A stretch of DNA of 62,794 nucleotides, filler included, from Sluysia triapertura (GCA_046118255.1; 4 parts of 4 records of this genome joined end to end with filler, not necessarily neighbours in it); one strand, 5' to 3'. Shown: positions 26,174 to 38,939, counted from the whole stretch's first letter. Notes: generated from the letters alone by a model not told the origin. A program made the numbers and translations.

Positions 26174-26958
26174 GATAATGCTGATTCTCGAATACTTTGC
26201 AAGTGAGCAAAAGATTTAGCGAGTGAAATAGATGTTATGTTTAATTTGTTTTGATATATGTTTAACCATATAATGGTGTGTACTACCACATCACAAACCA
26301 AAACTCCCTACAATGTAAGTATGGAAATAAACTTTAATTAGACGAATGCAAGAATTCTCAAAAAAACCCTCTGCACTCTCAAATTATGTGTCTAAAAATT
26401 TCCTTTGTTCTAGAGTCTTTACAACTTTTCTCCAAGTTAGCCTGTCATTATTAATAGTAAAGGGGTAGAGCTAGTGTGAGTATAAATAATGCCATTGTTC
26501 TTAGGAATTGTGGTGTGTGTAAAGAGTTCTTTGTCCTCAGAACGAAAAATGTGAAAGGAAGCAATTAATTTCAAATTTGGTGATTAGATAAAATAACCGT
26601 TCATGCGGTCTACAATAGATCGTCTTAACTTAGGACGACTAATTCAATTATATTTTTGGTTTAACCTCTGCTTACTATATATATTCCATTTTGATTTAAA
26701 TGTTATTGCAAACAGTTCTTCAACAATTTCAATAAGTTTATTATTGTGTAAGTTTTTCTGCTTTTAGTTTTTTTTGCGTCCATCATGTTCTGGGTTTGTG
26801 TATCCTCAAATTTTTATGATTCGTTAAAATCGAGCTTGTTCGATGTTGTTCGTGTACCATCTACTCTCAGCTATTTTCCGCTGGTATAAACGATTCGAAT
26901 TGGCATCGATTCTTGGAATCTCGCCCAATCCTTTTTTGCACACGTCTTACTTTATTTT

Positions 26959-27160
26959 GAATAGTTGCTATTTGTTTTGTCTTCATCAGAGCAGAATAGT
27001 TGCTATTTGTTTTGTCTTCATCAGAGCAGAATAGTTGCTATTTGTTGTCTTCATCAGAGCAGAATAGTTGCTATTTGTTGTCTTCATCAGAGCAGAATAG
27101 TTGCCATTTGTTGTCTTCATCAGAGCAGAATAGTTGCTATTTGTTGTCTTCATCAGAGCA
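26959..27160. repeat. Minisatellite, 6 x 33-35 bp (GAATAGTTGCTATTTGTTGTCTTCATCAGAGCA)
   Basis: Two 35-bp and four 33-bp near-identical units; explains the 11-aa-repeat ORFs at 26965-27206. Confidence 0.95.
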
Positions 27161-27359
27161 GAAAATTGTTCCAAACCTATTATTAATTTTTATTCTGAGA
27201 TTATAAGAATGATTCTTACATACTTCTGCTTCTCAGGGATGAGAAAAATGCAAAGAGGTACATTGTAAACAATAATGACACATAAGAAAATAAATATTGA
27301 TAACTATATCTGAATATTGATTTTTCTTAGAGAAATCGATAATATAAGACACTATTAAA

Positions 27360-27520
27360 GTAATAATAATAATAGTACTAGTAGAAGTAATAGTAATAAT
27401 AGTAGTACTAGTACTTGTAGTAGTGGTATAGTGGTGGTAATAGTGATAGTAATAGTGACAGCAATAGTAGTAGTAGTGGTGGTTGTAGTAGTAGTTATTA
27501 ATAATAATAATAATAGTATT
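27360..27520. repeat. Compound TAA/TAG/TGG trinucleotide low-complexity tract
   Basis: Seen directly. Confidence 0.85.
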
Positions 27521-28319
27521 ACCGTATTTTGTTCAAGAAACATTAAACCAAATATATGTGTGTGTGGGTTATATTAAAAGAAGTTTATTTTTATAATGCG
27601 GGCTATATATTAAGTGCGGATTATGCGCAAGAAAATACAGTAGTAGAATTGGTAAAATCACAAGATTAGTATTTTTCAATTAATACGAGAAAGCATAAGT
27701 TTAAAGCCAACTAGACTGACTAATTATAAATTAATAATATATTCCAGAACAGTTACTGGAATACGACATTTTACGGTTGTGCCTTGCCGGATACAATACT
27801 CAAACGGGAACGGTTGGTCAGCAAGTTAGTTCGAATTGGGCTACAACTTGTATGGATGTTCTGGATAAATTGGGAAATGACAGACCATATCTTTCACTTA
27901 TATTTCGGTTTTTGATTGCTCGGTCTACGCAGGACTTAGAAAATATGCTTGTAAGTTGTATTAATTTTAAGTTGTAATTGAATTATTGAATTACAGAAAT
28001 GTTCGAGAATACATCTGACCGATAAAATTGCTATAGCTGCCCTCTATTTTGATGATAAAACGGTTAGTTCGATTTATTTGATGTATTTTATTATAGAGTG
28101 TATAATTGTTGAATATTGTTTACAAGATAACTAGCAACCTTTGCATTGTACACTTTGTTGATTCGACATTATTCATTACTGTAATTTTCATGTTACTGTT
28201 CAACGATTTATAATTGTAATTCAGTAAAGCCACAAAGTATGAGCATTTTTAATATTTATTTTTCTTATATAATCTTAAAACTCTTAAATTTTGTTTTTAA
28301 AATTGTTGAGATTGTGCAC

Positions 28320-28650
28320 CTGTTGAGTTGAATATGAGTGGAAAACTTGTGGAATTGAAAAGTGCAGGAATAATTTGTTTAAGACGACTGGCAGAGTAAG
28401 AATGAAGATTAAAACATCTATAATCATTTTGGAGTCCCCACAACCTTTGTGAAAACTTGAGATGGGTTTGTAAACATATCTTTGAACTTAGAACAATTTG
28501 AGATCTTTGAGTAAGCTTGTAAAGTGTGTGAAATCTTTAAAATATTTGAGAAATAAAATCAAATATCACATATATAAATTTGATATATTAATAATTAATA
28601 TGAAGATGCAGAGAAATGAGTCAGAGTGGTGAAGATGAATAAATGTTCAA
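28320..28650 (-). mobile_element. Fragment of solo-LTR-like family 1
   Basis: Reverse complement similar to 5100-5340 (gagatctttgagtaagcttgtaaagt; gagtcagagtggtgaagatgaa). Confidence 0.5.
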
Positions 28651-29887
28651 ATATTTAATATTATTTTCTAAATAAATGTTTTACGAAAAATGTTATATTT
28701 TTAATTTTGATTTTATTATAAACTGTCTTTGGAATTATTCAGTAATATTTGATTATTATATATGTACATGATTGATTATATGTGTGTATTAGCTTTTCTC
28801 TATAATAATAATAATACTAAAATTTCATAAAATAATTATAATTATTATAAAAAATTTAATAAATAAATATTAACATTATTATAATCATTATTTTGCTATT
28901 ATTATAGCTATTGTTGAAAGTTACACGAGAATAAAAGTAGATGGATTAACCGTATCTAGTCTTACCGCTTAGGGCTAGCCATTGAATTCGAAAAGTAAGA
29001 TAAAACTTATGAAGATTTTATTCTAAATTTAGATAATGTTTTCTGAAATTATTTATTTTAAAAATGTGGGGATTTACTTACTCTTAATATTAGTAATTGA
29101 CTAAAGATGTTGTGTAAAGAGATCCTAAAAGAATTTGAATTTAATTGAATTAAATTAATAATTTTTACTCTGATTTAAAAATCGTTAAAAAACAAAATCG
29201 GTTGATAAACTGAACCAAAAAAAATTAACTACAAATGATTTTAATAATATTTTTACATGGGTTGTTAAAAAGAACATTTTAAACTAATAAATTAATTAAT
29301 TTAGAAACAAGAATATATTAATACAGAAGAAAAATTTAGGTGATACAACTGATAAAATGTAATAATAATTTTAATAAGATTATTTTATATTAATAATCTT
29401 ATGTGGATCAACTTAAGCAAGATTTTACAATTTAAACGCTAAAAACAAGAAAATTTTTAATGATTTTAAGTATATTTTACACTACGATGTGAAATTATCG
29501 CATAAAACTTATATGAACAAAACTAACGAGAATTAAATTGAATGCTCCAAATTAGATTTTCTGAAAAATCTTAAAACGAAAACATAGTCTTAGAACTTTT
29601 AAAAACAAAAGTAACTCCTCTTCAAATTCTTAAACAAAGTCACGTTATAAAAATTGTTATTGTTGTATTTATATTAAAAATTATTGACTTTGACCTACAT
29701 TAACTTAGATAGACAAATATTTTATTTATTTTTTTAAATATAATTTATCGTTAGTATTCATGTTAATAAATAATTTATTTAAATTTATTTTTATTTAGCA
29801 AATAATTTATTTAAATTTATTTTTATTTAACAAATTAATTAAAACTTACATTTACATTAATTCCAAAACAATATAAATCATAATTAA

Positions 29888-29959
29888 CACATTATGAGCG
29901 GGTATTCTTAAGTGACAGTACATAAAACGGGTACTAATACCGGCCCCGCTCATAATGTG
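29888..29959. mobile_element. 72-bp TTAA-flanked MITE (piggyBac-type)
   Basis: TTAA|CACATTATGAGCGGG ... CCCGCTCATAATGTG|TTAA: perfect 15-bp TIR and a TTAA duplication. Confidence 0.85.
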
Positions 29960-32699
29960 TTAATAATAATAATTATTATTATTAAATTTTTACTTATTTT
30001 ATTCTAAAATCAGTGTTTCCGTGAATTGATTTTATTATGGGGAAAAAGTGTCGATCAATATACAGTGTTATATTTAAGTTTTTCTCTCGAATTGTGGCAC
30101 ACTGTATTGTATTTTGACCATCTTGCGTGATTGCACATATATTTTGTACTTAGTTTTATTATTGTCACTATTGTTCGAAATTCCATCATTGTATAGATTC
30201 TGCTACAGTATAGTGGGCTTATCTGTAACTAGAAATGAACAATTTTAACGTAAGATTAACTGTAAATCTCTAAATCCTCTGTAATTTTATTTATTTTATG
30301 TAACAGATTTTAATTTACTTATACCCACTGTTCTTTTGTTTACAAAACGTGTTTCTATTATGTGGAGATAGAAAATAAAATTGTTCAAAAGTTCAAAATT
30401 ACATAATCAATTGATTATTCAAATAATTGGAAATATAAAAATTTTAAATTAATAAATTAAGTGTTTATTCCAAATGGAAATAAAGAAAATATCAAAATGT
30501 TGATTCTTTCAAACAGTAATAATAATTGAAGATAAAATTCGTTGAAATTTGTTTTTTGAATTGTCCGATAATTTTTTACATTGGATTTATATTAGTTATC
30601 TACCAATGAAATTAAACCACGTTAAATTGTTTTATCAGCGTAATTTAAGTACTCGTGTAAATAAGTTGATATGATATGTATATAAAATTTAATTTTATAT
30701 ATTTATTATTATTAAACAATTTTGACACTAGATGAGAAAATGAAAGTAAGTAGGTAGAATATTTTATCTGAATTAAAAGCTAATGATAAAATAAACATGT
30801 TTATCAATTCTATTTACTGATATATACTACTAATAGACACTTGGCAATTATCTTCTTCGCTAAGAAATCGTTCTTATTAGGCTCGATATCCGTTCATCAT
30901 TATCATCTCCAAAATAATTCTTGTATCATTCTTTCGACTAGATTTTTCAATTTTGACATTTGCGATTGAACTTCATGAACATACCAGGTTCCCTACTTAT
31001 ACTAATTGAACATCTTCCTTCATATGTTTCTTTTCAAAATGCCGAAAATACCGAATAATAAACTCAAAAATAAAATTATAATTCTCATTTGATAATTTAT
31101 TAAATTTTGATATGAATGAAAAATAATCAGAAAATGTTAACTTGTTCACATTTATATTTATAATTCTTCATTCATTTTCCTTTTTTTTTGGAAATTAATA
31201 AAAATGAAATAGTAAAATCATAGAATTAAAGCATACCGTATAATTAAAATAAAATCCAATTGAAAATCATCAAACATCGTCTTAGTAATATTATCTGCCA
31301 AAATATCTTTACTAATAACTTTTTAAAAATAATTGTATTTGATTTATTAGGTAAACAACCACAATCAACAATGTAATCATCCCTATTAATGCCATCATTT
31401 TAAATATAATATAATATTATACGTACATGTAACGAAATGAACTCTGTTAATAGTCTAAACTTCTTTAATAATATTTTCATTTTATATTACTGCTTAAATT
31501 TATCAATGTAAATTTCCTCTATTAATTTATTCTTCAAGCATTATCTATATTTTATCTATTATGCTTACTTTATCTGGAAGTGTGAATCCTAATATTCGTC
31601 CCAGTTGCTCGGAATAAAAGTGCCAATTATTCAATTAGTTATTAAATTCTTATTATCTGAACATGCCTTGATTCGGCTGATTTTATGTTTTATTCTTTTC
31701 TGTTAGTTTTTATTTTATTTCTATTAAAATCCGATAGTTCTACCCTCAATCCCTTGTGAGCAAAACAAAACTAAACTACACTTGTTTCTATTTGCACGTT
31801 AAAAAAGGACTTATAAAATACAATAGTATATTAAAATTTATAATCATGGTAAATATTCGGACTTAAAATTACCTGTAATTGTTCAAACTGTTCCATAAAA
31901 TCAGCCAAACGCTTCACTAAAATCAATCAAATATTTAAATGAATCTTCGTACCACAAAATTATTGGTTCTTCTATTTATATAACTGTGTAATAATTTAAC
32001 ATTTGTACTGATTTATCACTATACTTAATACAAACTAGTGTGCAATAATTTTAAATTATAATTTAACACCGTAAATTTATCACTGTAATAGAAATTACTA
32101 AAAATAATTATTATAAATGTGTATATAACTAAATAATATTACTTCAGGTCCGAATATTATAATATTAGATTTAATTTTATATCATTTTTATTTAATAATA
32201 TTTTAAGATAATAATACTGCTTTTAAATTTTGATTACATATAATAAAGTTTGATGTTTATAAATTTTAATTTCATATCGTTTTTATTGAATCTCATTTTA
32301 AAATAACTATTTATATAATTTCAAGTTAAAATTAATTGTTATTTCTTACTAAATTTCGAATTTATATTATATCTATATAATCTCATTTTAAATTAATATA
32401 GAAGTATTATAAACTCAGTGATAATGATTTTAATTTTATTTTGAATATAAAATAAATAATTTTAAATTAAAAATGAATAAAAAATTGAAAATTTGGAGTT
32501 AAAATGAACACTATATTATAATATCATTATTAAATATATTGAATTACATGCGACTTAGTGACATTAATTCTTTGACTATAGTACTTATAGAAACTTATAG
32601 TGCCTGTTTATTATCTTCATATGAAAGTATTAGAGGTAAAGTTGCTTTATTATTTTTATTTTGCTAATAATCCCCAACTTCTTTATGTGAACTTTTTGA

Positions 32700-33897
32700 C
32701 TGGTTTAAGAAAATGTACATTGTCTTGTAAAAATTCTATTATTTTATTACTATTATTAATATCACCTATCCGAAGTATATTTTAATATTCCATTATATCT
32801 CCTGCATTTTTGCGTTCAATATTAATTATTTCAGTTATAATTTTAACATCATCAATATTATCAATATTTATTTTATTATCAATTACTTCATTTTCAAATT
32901 CTTTTTCATTGTTATCCTTTTCGAATTTAGTAAAAAGGTCACTTATATCTATTTTATCATCTGAAGGTTTGTCATCATTTAATTTTTGCCCTTGTAATTG
33001 TAGAGTTAATTCTTTTATTATTTCTTTCAGTTTTTTATTTTCTTCATTAAATGAATCAACTTGATTACATAATACTTTTGGGACTGGACTTTTACTACTT
33101 TTTCGTTCATTTCTAGTTTCTGAATTGCTCCTGCTTCTATAATTATTATCGTTTGAATTTCGATACCTACAATTATGACATGTTTCCTTGCAAGTAGTAC
33201 GTAGTTCATTTATAAACCTTTCTCTATCGCGTTGTATTGCTCTATTATACTCATTTTGTCTATTATATCCACGAAACTGTGTTTTCTCTAAAGTTTCTTA
33301 GATTATTATCATTATAATTATTATTAAACACTTGCTTTCTATCATTATTAAAACGTATATTATCAGAAAAATTGTTATAGTTAAAGTTATTCATTTGTGT
33401 ATCAGTATGAATTATAGGCTCAATGATCATCATATTAGAGTGGTATATTTTCCTGTTCTACTTTGACGCTTTCTGTACTAAATCGTCTAAATTAGTTAAT
33501 TAGTTAATTGTGTTCTTATCGGTTCTTTGCATCCATCAATAAATTTTTCAGTAATTATCTCGATTTTCTGTTCATGTGTAAAACTTGTATAAGCCTTATT
33601 TGCTAATTGGTTTAAATCGAATAAAAATTGTGTAATTTTTTCTTTACTGCCTTGTATCCTTTTTAGAAAGTTTAACAAAATTAACAAACTTAGAATCTAG
33701 GCGAGAATTGATTATCGGGAATATTCAAGTAAGCCTCTTTAAATGAAGCGGAAAAAGTTTACACTGAGCTTCCTCATTCCAACCTTATTCATTCGTATAA
33801 AGTTGGTAATGATTCACAAAACTTGATAAACTGTTTGGATTCCCATCAAATGATATTCCATTTGGAGTACAAAAGATCGTGCTAGCTCGATATTCAT
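32700..33897 (-). mobile_element. Gypsy-type LTR retrotransposon gag pseudogene
   Basis: From ATG 33897: ..SFDGNPNSLSSFVNHYQLY..GWNEEAQCKLFPLHL..KRIQGSKEKITQFLFDLNQLANKAY..IITEKFIDGCKEPIRTQL (retrotransposon gag capsid pattern). An Asn-rich linker and a degenerate Cys/His knuckle follow near 33170. Stops and frameshifts present. Confidence 0.8.
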
Positions 33898-33928
33898 TTC
33901 TCTTTTTCTTGTGTTTGAAATTATAAAA

Positions 33929-33944
33929 CTTTACTGGGGCACCA
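33929..33944 (-). promoter_or_regulatory. Primer-binding site of the Gypsy element
   Basis: Minus strand ...CACAACA-taaattt-TGGTGCCCCAGTAAAG lies directly upstream of gag. TGGTGCCCC is complementary to the 3' end of elongator tRNA-Met as I recall it. Confidence 0.65.
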
Positions 33945-33951
33945 AAATTTA

Positions 33952-34170
33952 TGTTGTGTCTTTTGTTCTTTTATTTTAAATTTAACAAAAATAACTAAAC
34001 AAATCTCGATAAATTCTTTAATAAAATCACAATTATATAATAAAAATTCTTTTATAATACATTTCTATTGTACAAATAAAACAAATTATTCTTTAATAAC
34101 AAAACGTACATTATTATTTTTAACATCAAAATTACAAATCTTTTAAATCACTACTAGGGATGACACAACT
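33952..34170 (-). mobile_element. 3' part of the 5' LTR of the Gypsy element
   Basis: Ends in CAACA (minus strand) just before the PBS; homologous to 5651-5790. The far boundary is uncertain. Confidence 0.6.
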
Positions 34171-35557
34171 CAAATAAAATAAATGTTGACGCCCGTATTA
34201 AAATATAATAAATAAAAACAAGTTACTAACTCTTTCTCTTATATCCCTTTAGTGTTTATTTTAGTCGATTGCTAAAGAATAAGCATCAATTTCACCGTTT
34301 CCCACAGATGAATTGATGCAGCGTCCCTAAGACTAAACAATTTGCAATCTAATTTTCTTTCCCTACTCATGTCTTGTTATTTTCCTACAAAAATATGACT
34401 GCTTTTGTAGCAGTTTTACGATCATGTGGAAATTGGACAAAACAGAAACTCTCCATTCTTTGGCAAACAATCCCCTTATATTTTCAATATATTAAATTAA
34501 AATTTAGCATCATTATTGTTAAGATTTTTTCTTACTTTTTTACCTAACAATTATTAAACTTACTTGGGCTCGCCTGTAGTCTACGATTTAAAACGCAAAG
34601 TAGACGTAGCCACAGAATTGACTGAAACAAATGCACCCTTATTCTTGAAAAAATATTGCGAACGATCTTTTATTGTGGTAATTTAAACGTATAATATTTA
34701 TTTATTATAATATAATGAAATTTGAGTTTACGAATTTTAACGAAATTAATAAATTTATTAAATCTAATAAAAGGGATAATAAGATAACTAATAATACATG
34801 TTTTAGTCATAACAAGCTAAAAATTTATAGATAAATATTTTTATTATATAAAATTGTTTATAATTGTCTAAATATGCTGCCGATTATGGATCATTAATTT
34901 TTCTGAATAAAAATATAAATGTATAAATATAATTATTACGAGTTACAATAATAAAAGAGTATTAATTACTTTTAAAGGGGTTTTGTCCGATTTTACTGGA
35001 GTAACAGATTTAATCTGATACAAGTCGATTAATGAATGCAATGAATCAATTTATGGAACACCTAAGATAGTAGCCAATTCATGCAGACTATGTGCGTATG
35101 GACAAGATTTTCCATGCTTGTTGTATTCTTAATGTCGAGGTTCCATAAGGGCATAGCGCTGATTTAAGATAAATGAATTATCATCATCTTGTTTGATAAG
35201 AGATTCTTCATAATGATTGTAATGGCCGGTTAGTATCAATAATTAATTTAAAGTTTAAATTTAAAATTAATTTTAGTGGAAAATAAGACTTAAGGTCTTT
35301 GGAAATATTATCATGTCTAAAATTGATTTTATTAAAGAAAACAAATCTGAAATAACAAAGAGAATTAATATATTCAATTAAAAATTTACTAGACGTATCA
35401 AAGGTTATATACAAGGCATCATATAATATAGAGTTAATTTTAAAATGCAGTTTAATAATTGTTAGTAACTCAATAAAACAAAGAATTTCGAAATCATGAA
35501 AAATAAATAAAAAAAGTGAATATCCTAACGAATTGTAGAAAGTAGGGAACGCCAACT

Positions 35558-35657
35558 NNNNNNNNNNNNNNNNNNNNNNNNNNNNNNNNNNNNNNNNNNN
35601 NTTAATTAATTAANNNNNNNNNNNNNNNNNNNNNNNNNNNNNNNNNNNNNNNNNNNN
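35558..35657. other. Artificial contig linker / gap
   Basis: N44-TTAATTAATTAA-N44. Confidence 0.98.
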
Positions 35658-36329
35658 AAAATGAGAGTTGATTGTTAATCGAATTATATTGTTTTGCTTG
35701 ACAGGTCTTACCATGTAAGTGTCAAAGTCGTTTTTAGTCGGTTTAATCCTTAAAAGAGATTTTGATGATTTGTGTAAAGATAATTCCTGATTGTAAGTAT
35801 AGAGTGATTGGGCCGTAAAGAGATATAAAAATGAGTACATGGAATCTTTTTTTCAACAACGTTTATGATGATGATGATATGATGAAAACAGAAAATCCAT
35901 GTCGACGGTAACTTTTTTTGTTTATTTTATAATTTTAATTAATTAATTAAAATATTTATTTTTTATTTTTGGGAATTTTGTCTACTGATAAATTTGAATG
36001 TTTTTTTGGGGCTCCCTGTCCTAATTTCTGTTATTTAACTATTGTTTTAACTATTATTTTAAGATTAAATTTTGATTATTTTTAACTTTTAGCTGTTGAT
36101 TTTTATTGAATAATGGGAGACTCCCTGCCCAAATTATTTTTACAGTTTGTTTTTTTGGGTATTAAGTTAAAATAAATACATAAATACAATTGCTATTGAC
36201 TCTAATGTTTGTGGATATTGATATTTAATTAATATTGTTAAAGACCTAATCATTATTACTAAAATTTTTACTAAAAAATTATTACTACTATTACTAAAAT
36301 TTTTACGAATATAATAACCAGTAAGGTAA

Positions 36330-37220
36330 AGGTGTTGCGCAAAAATGTGAATCAATATACTGGATGAATAATTTGAGTATTACCTTTTCATCTTTGATAA
36401 CAATTTGAAAATCATAATGTCCCTTCTCGGAAAATATGTGAAATTTTAATGTTTGTGACAAACAATTACTAATTGATGATCAGTTATATCGACATCAAAT
36501 AACTGGACTAACAGAGGATAGTTTTATGTCTATAAACTACATTTAAATGACGAGGATCTAATTGTTTACGTACACGTCGTACGTGGTTCGAACTGATTCT
36601 ATTTCGACTTCATTCGATGAATATATTATGCTAAATGTGGCAGTACTAGCACTCAGATTTATTGTTACGACTATCTATGCATGAGCTTCTGGGACTACCT
36701 CCAGAAACAAATTGTTGATTTATTTTCGTGAATTTGAGAGTGTATTGATAACCAGAGAGTTTTCGATAAAGAAATCCACCACCATAATAATCGCTTCCTA
36801 AAACATATTCTATTAATTTTTTTACATAATGCTGAAGGTAATGTGTTAACGTCTTTAGGAGTATTTGATAAGTTATAAAGTTATTTGTGCAGTTGTTACT
36901 GACAGTGTTGTCTAAGTCAGGACTTGTTGAAGCAGATGATTCAACTAATTTCATTAAACAGGAACAACAAAAAGCATGCTGTTATGACAATTTCTTTGGA
37001 TTGCGCATTATATCCAAATGAATGCTACATAATACCAAACTTTCTAATGCCTTTTGTTTTATTTTGGTATTGTCTCTGGGAGCTTCTGTATCACAACTAG
37101 AATTGGTATAATCAGAATCCTGAACTTTACTGCCTCGGTACAGGATTCATTTTACTTACTGATTCTTGTTTATTCGAATTAGATTTAGTATTAGGTGGTG
37201 TTGAAGCTTAGATTGAGAAA
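36330..37220 (-). pseudogene. RING + B-box-like (TRIM-NHL / thin-abba-like) pseudogene
   Basis: ALESLVLCSIHLD/MRNPKKLS*QHAFCCSCLMKLVES resembles the RING-HC ..LTC.VCLD.Y..PKLLPCQHSFC..C...LV. Later SSCIDS..SEC*YCHI*H...SSNHVRRVRKQL resembles a degenerate B-box followed by coiled coil. Frameshift and stops present. Confidence 0.5.
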
Positions 37221-38306
37221 CTTATTTTTATAGAAATTTCATTTTTTAAAGAATTTTGAATTTTCTCCAAAAAAGATTTTAAGCTATTGAGATTAAATAT
37301 TTTAAGTTCTTTGTGTGATTGTGAAGTTATTTATGTTTGGTGTTTTATGGGTAACCAAACTTTGAATTACCGGTTTTTTACTTGAGTATACAAATCTCCT
37401 GATTCACAAACTGAATATTGCCAATAGTAAATGAGCAAGCAACTTTACTTTTTATTTTTAGTAGTTCTGCATTATGTTGGAGTATGGACCATCCAGACCT
37501 TACAACTGATTTATTGATATTAATTGATTATTATTGATAATAATAATAACATTACTGTTAAATATGTTAAATAAGTGAACTTGTAAATACAAATGAAAAT
37601 AACTATTTATAAATAACTATAATATTGTAAATCAAAGTTTATTTCATATTAATTTACTTATTCTATTTAGTTGGAATAATTTATGATTTTTTAATTTCTA
37701 AAAAGTAAGATATTTGCATATATTTAATATTAATCTTTAATTTTTAAAATCTTTTATTAATATTAATTGTCATAACTTTAATTTTTATTTTTAACTTTTT
37801 TTAAGGGAAAATATTTATTATTCACTATTTTTAAATATTTAATTTATTATTATTTTCTTTAATTTGTTTTAAAATATAGTGGCCTCAAGGTCACATTTTA
37901 AGGTATATAAACATACATAGACTCACAAAATTTCACACGCAGTTTTTATAATTTGTTTACAATTCTTTGTATAATTCGCAACTGCTTCGAGTTATTTAAC
38001 AGTTTTTTTGAAGAATCAGGATCCGCTTACAACCTGCTCGCATTAAGACTTAGATTAGATTAGTTTCCCGCAATTTTTGAAATTGCTTGATTAATATTAA
38101 ACTTAAAATTTAGTTTCTATTACGCTACCATTTCAGGGTAGCATATTAAATTTTATCATTTAAAGAACTTTAACAGCGGATTAATTTTACAATCATATTC
38201 AAAAATATATTATTATTATTTTACTAATTTGTATACTGATTATTTTGTATAAAGTTTTTGGTAATAAATTTATTTTAATCTTAATTTTTATTATAATTAA
38301 CATTAT

Positions 38307-38512
38307 AGGTTCTATTACGAACCTTATTAAAATCACTTACCAAAATTCTTCAAAAGTTTTAAAAAGGTTCTATTTAGAATCTTCTTTAAATCATTTTATA
38401 ATTGGTAAAGGTTCAATTTAGGAACCTTATTAAAATCATTTTTTTAAAGGTTCAATTTATGAACCTCATTAAGATATTAGTGCTCCAGGTTCGATTTAAG
38501 AACCTTATTAAA
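38307..38512. repeat. Array of five ~35-55 bp spaced units each containing the hairpin AGGTTC-N6/7-GAACCT
   Basis: Units at about 38308, 38366, 38409, 38448 and 38487, each followed by (t)attaaaat-like sequence. Confidence 0.75.
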
Positions 38513-38513
38513 A

Positions 38514-38939
38514 TGTTGCGTCTTTACTATACTAAACTTATTCTTAATACCAATAACAATGATTTTACTTCTCAACTATTTTCAAAATTTTAAATACTTT
38601 ATAAAATTACTCGAAGATCTTATATGCTTATCAAGGTTTCAGGAATAATAAGGTCTTAGATGATCTCAATGTTCACAAGTTCAAAGGTAATCCAATACTT
38701 TCAAAGGTCTTTCAAGTCTATTTCAAGCTTCCACAAAATCTCAATACCCCATATAGGTCTTTGAAACTATAAGGTATTCTTCAGCTGTTAACATTACTAT
38801 AAATGTTTCAGTTTGTACAACTCTCATTTCAACGCTGCCTACAACGCTAATTCCATCACTTGGTATGAGTTCTTTCTTCATTTTATAGTTCTATATGTTT
38901 CTCAGGTATTTTCTGATACTTACTTGGGCAATCCAAACA
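38514..38939 (+). mobile_element. Internally deleted copy of solo-LTR-like family 1 retaining both ends
   Basis: Starts TGTTGCGTCTTT and ends GGGCAATCCAAACA; the interior matches 5150-5541. Confidence 0.7.

Larger units (their letters stand above)
25473..30410 (+). pseudogene. mio: mio/MIOS-like pseudogene (copy B), near full length, best-preserved exons
   Basis: Open exons with canonical splice sites: 27748-27950 QLLEYDILRLCLAGYN...NWATTCMDVLDKLGNDRPYLSLIFRFL..DLENML (MIOS LNVVAMALSGY..LWREMC..LNNPYLCVMFAFL..YDGVL) and 27997-28062 KCSRIHLTDKIAIAALYFDD (VAVRDRVAFACKFLSD). Exon 28908-28994 IVESYTRIKVDGLTVSSLTA*G*PLN ([26 protein letters not shown]). Also INSKGVELV (26450; VNTKAVQGV), FQIW*LDK (VAIWDLRK), VSVN*FYYGEKVS (30015; VFVSCNFCGKSIS) and CHYCSK. 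Confidence 0.8.
30835..35557 (-). pseudogene. mio/MIOS-like pseudogene (copy H), interrupted by a Gypsy remnant, truncated by the contig end
   Basis: Minus strand, against MIOS: NRPLQSL* and IVCMNWL (35210-35070; PKPLTKVAW, IASFAWH), LADFMEQF (31890; VGPFLNSL), TLPDKVSI..RGNLH (31580-31505; AVRDRVAF..AGNLE), GRCSI (PRCAL), and NGYRA**ERFLSEEDNCQVS ([21 protein letters not shown]). Confidence 0.5.

Noticed and set aside
26843-27206. Overlapping ORFs with 11-aa repeats; CRISPR-like appearance
   Set aside because: Products of a head-to-tail minisatellite without spacers; eukaryotic context and no cas genes.
32810-33064. Hydrophobic plus-strand ORF
   Set aside because: Antisense shadow of the minus-strand gag extension.
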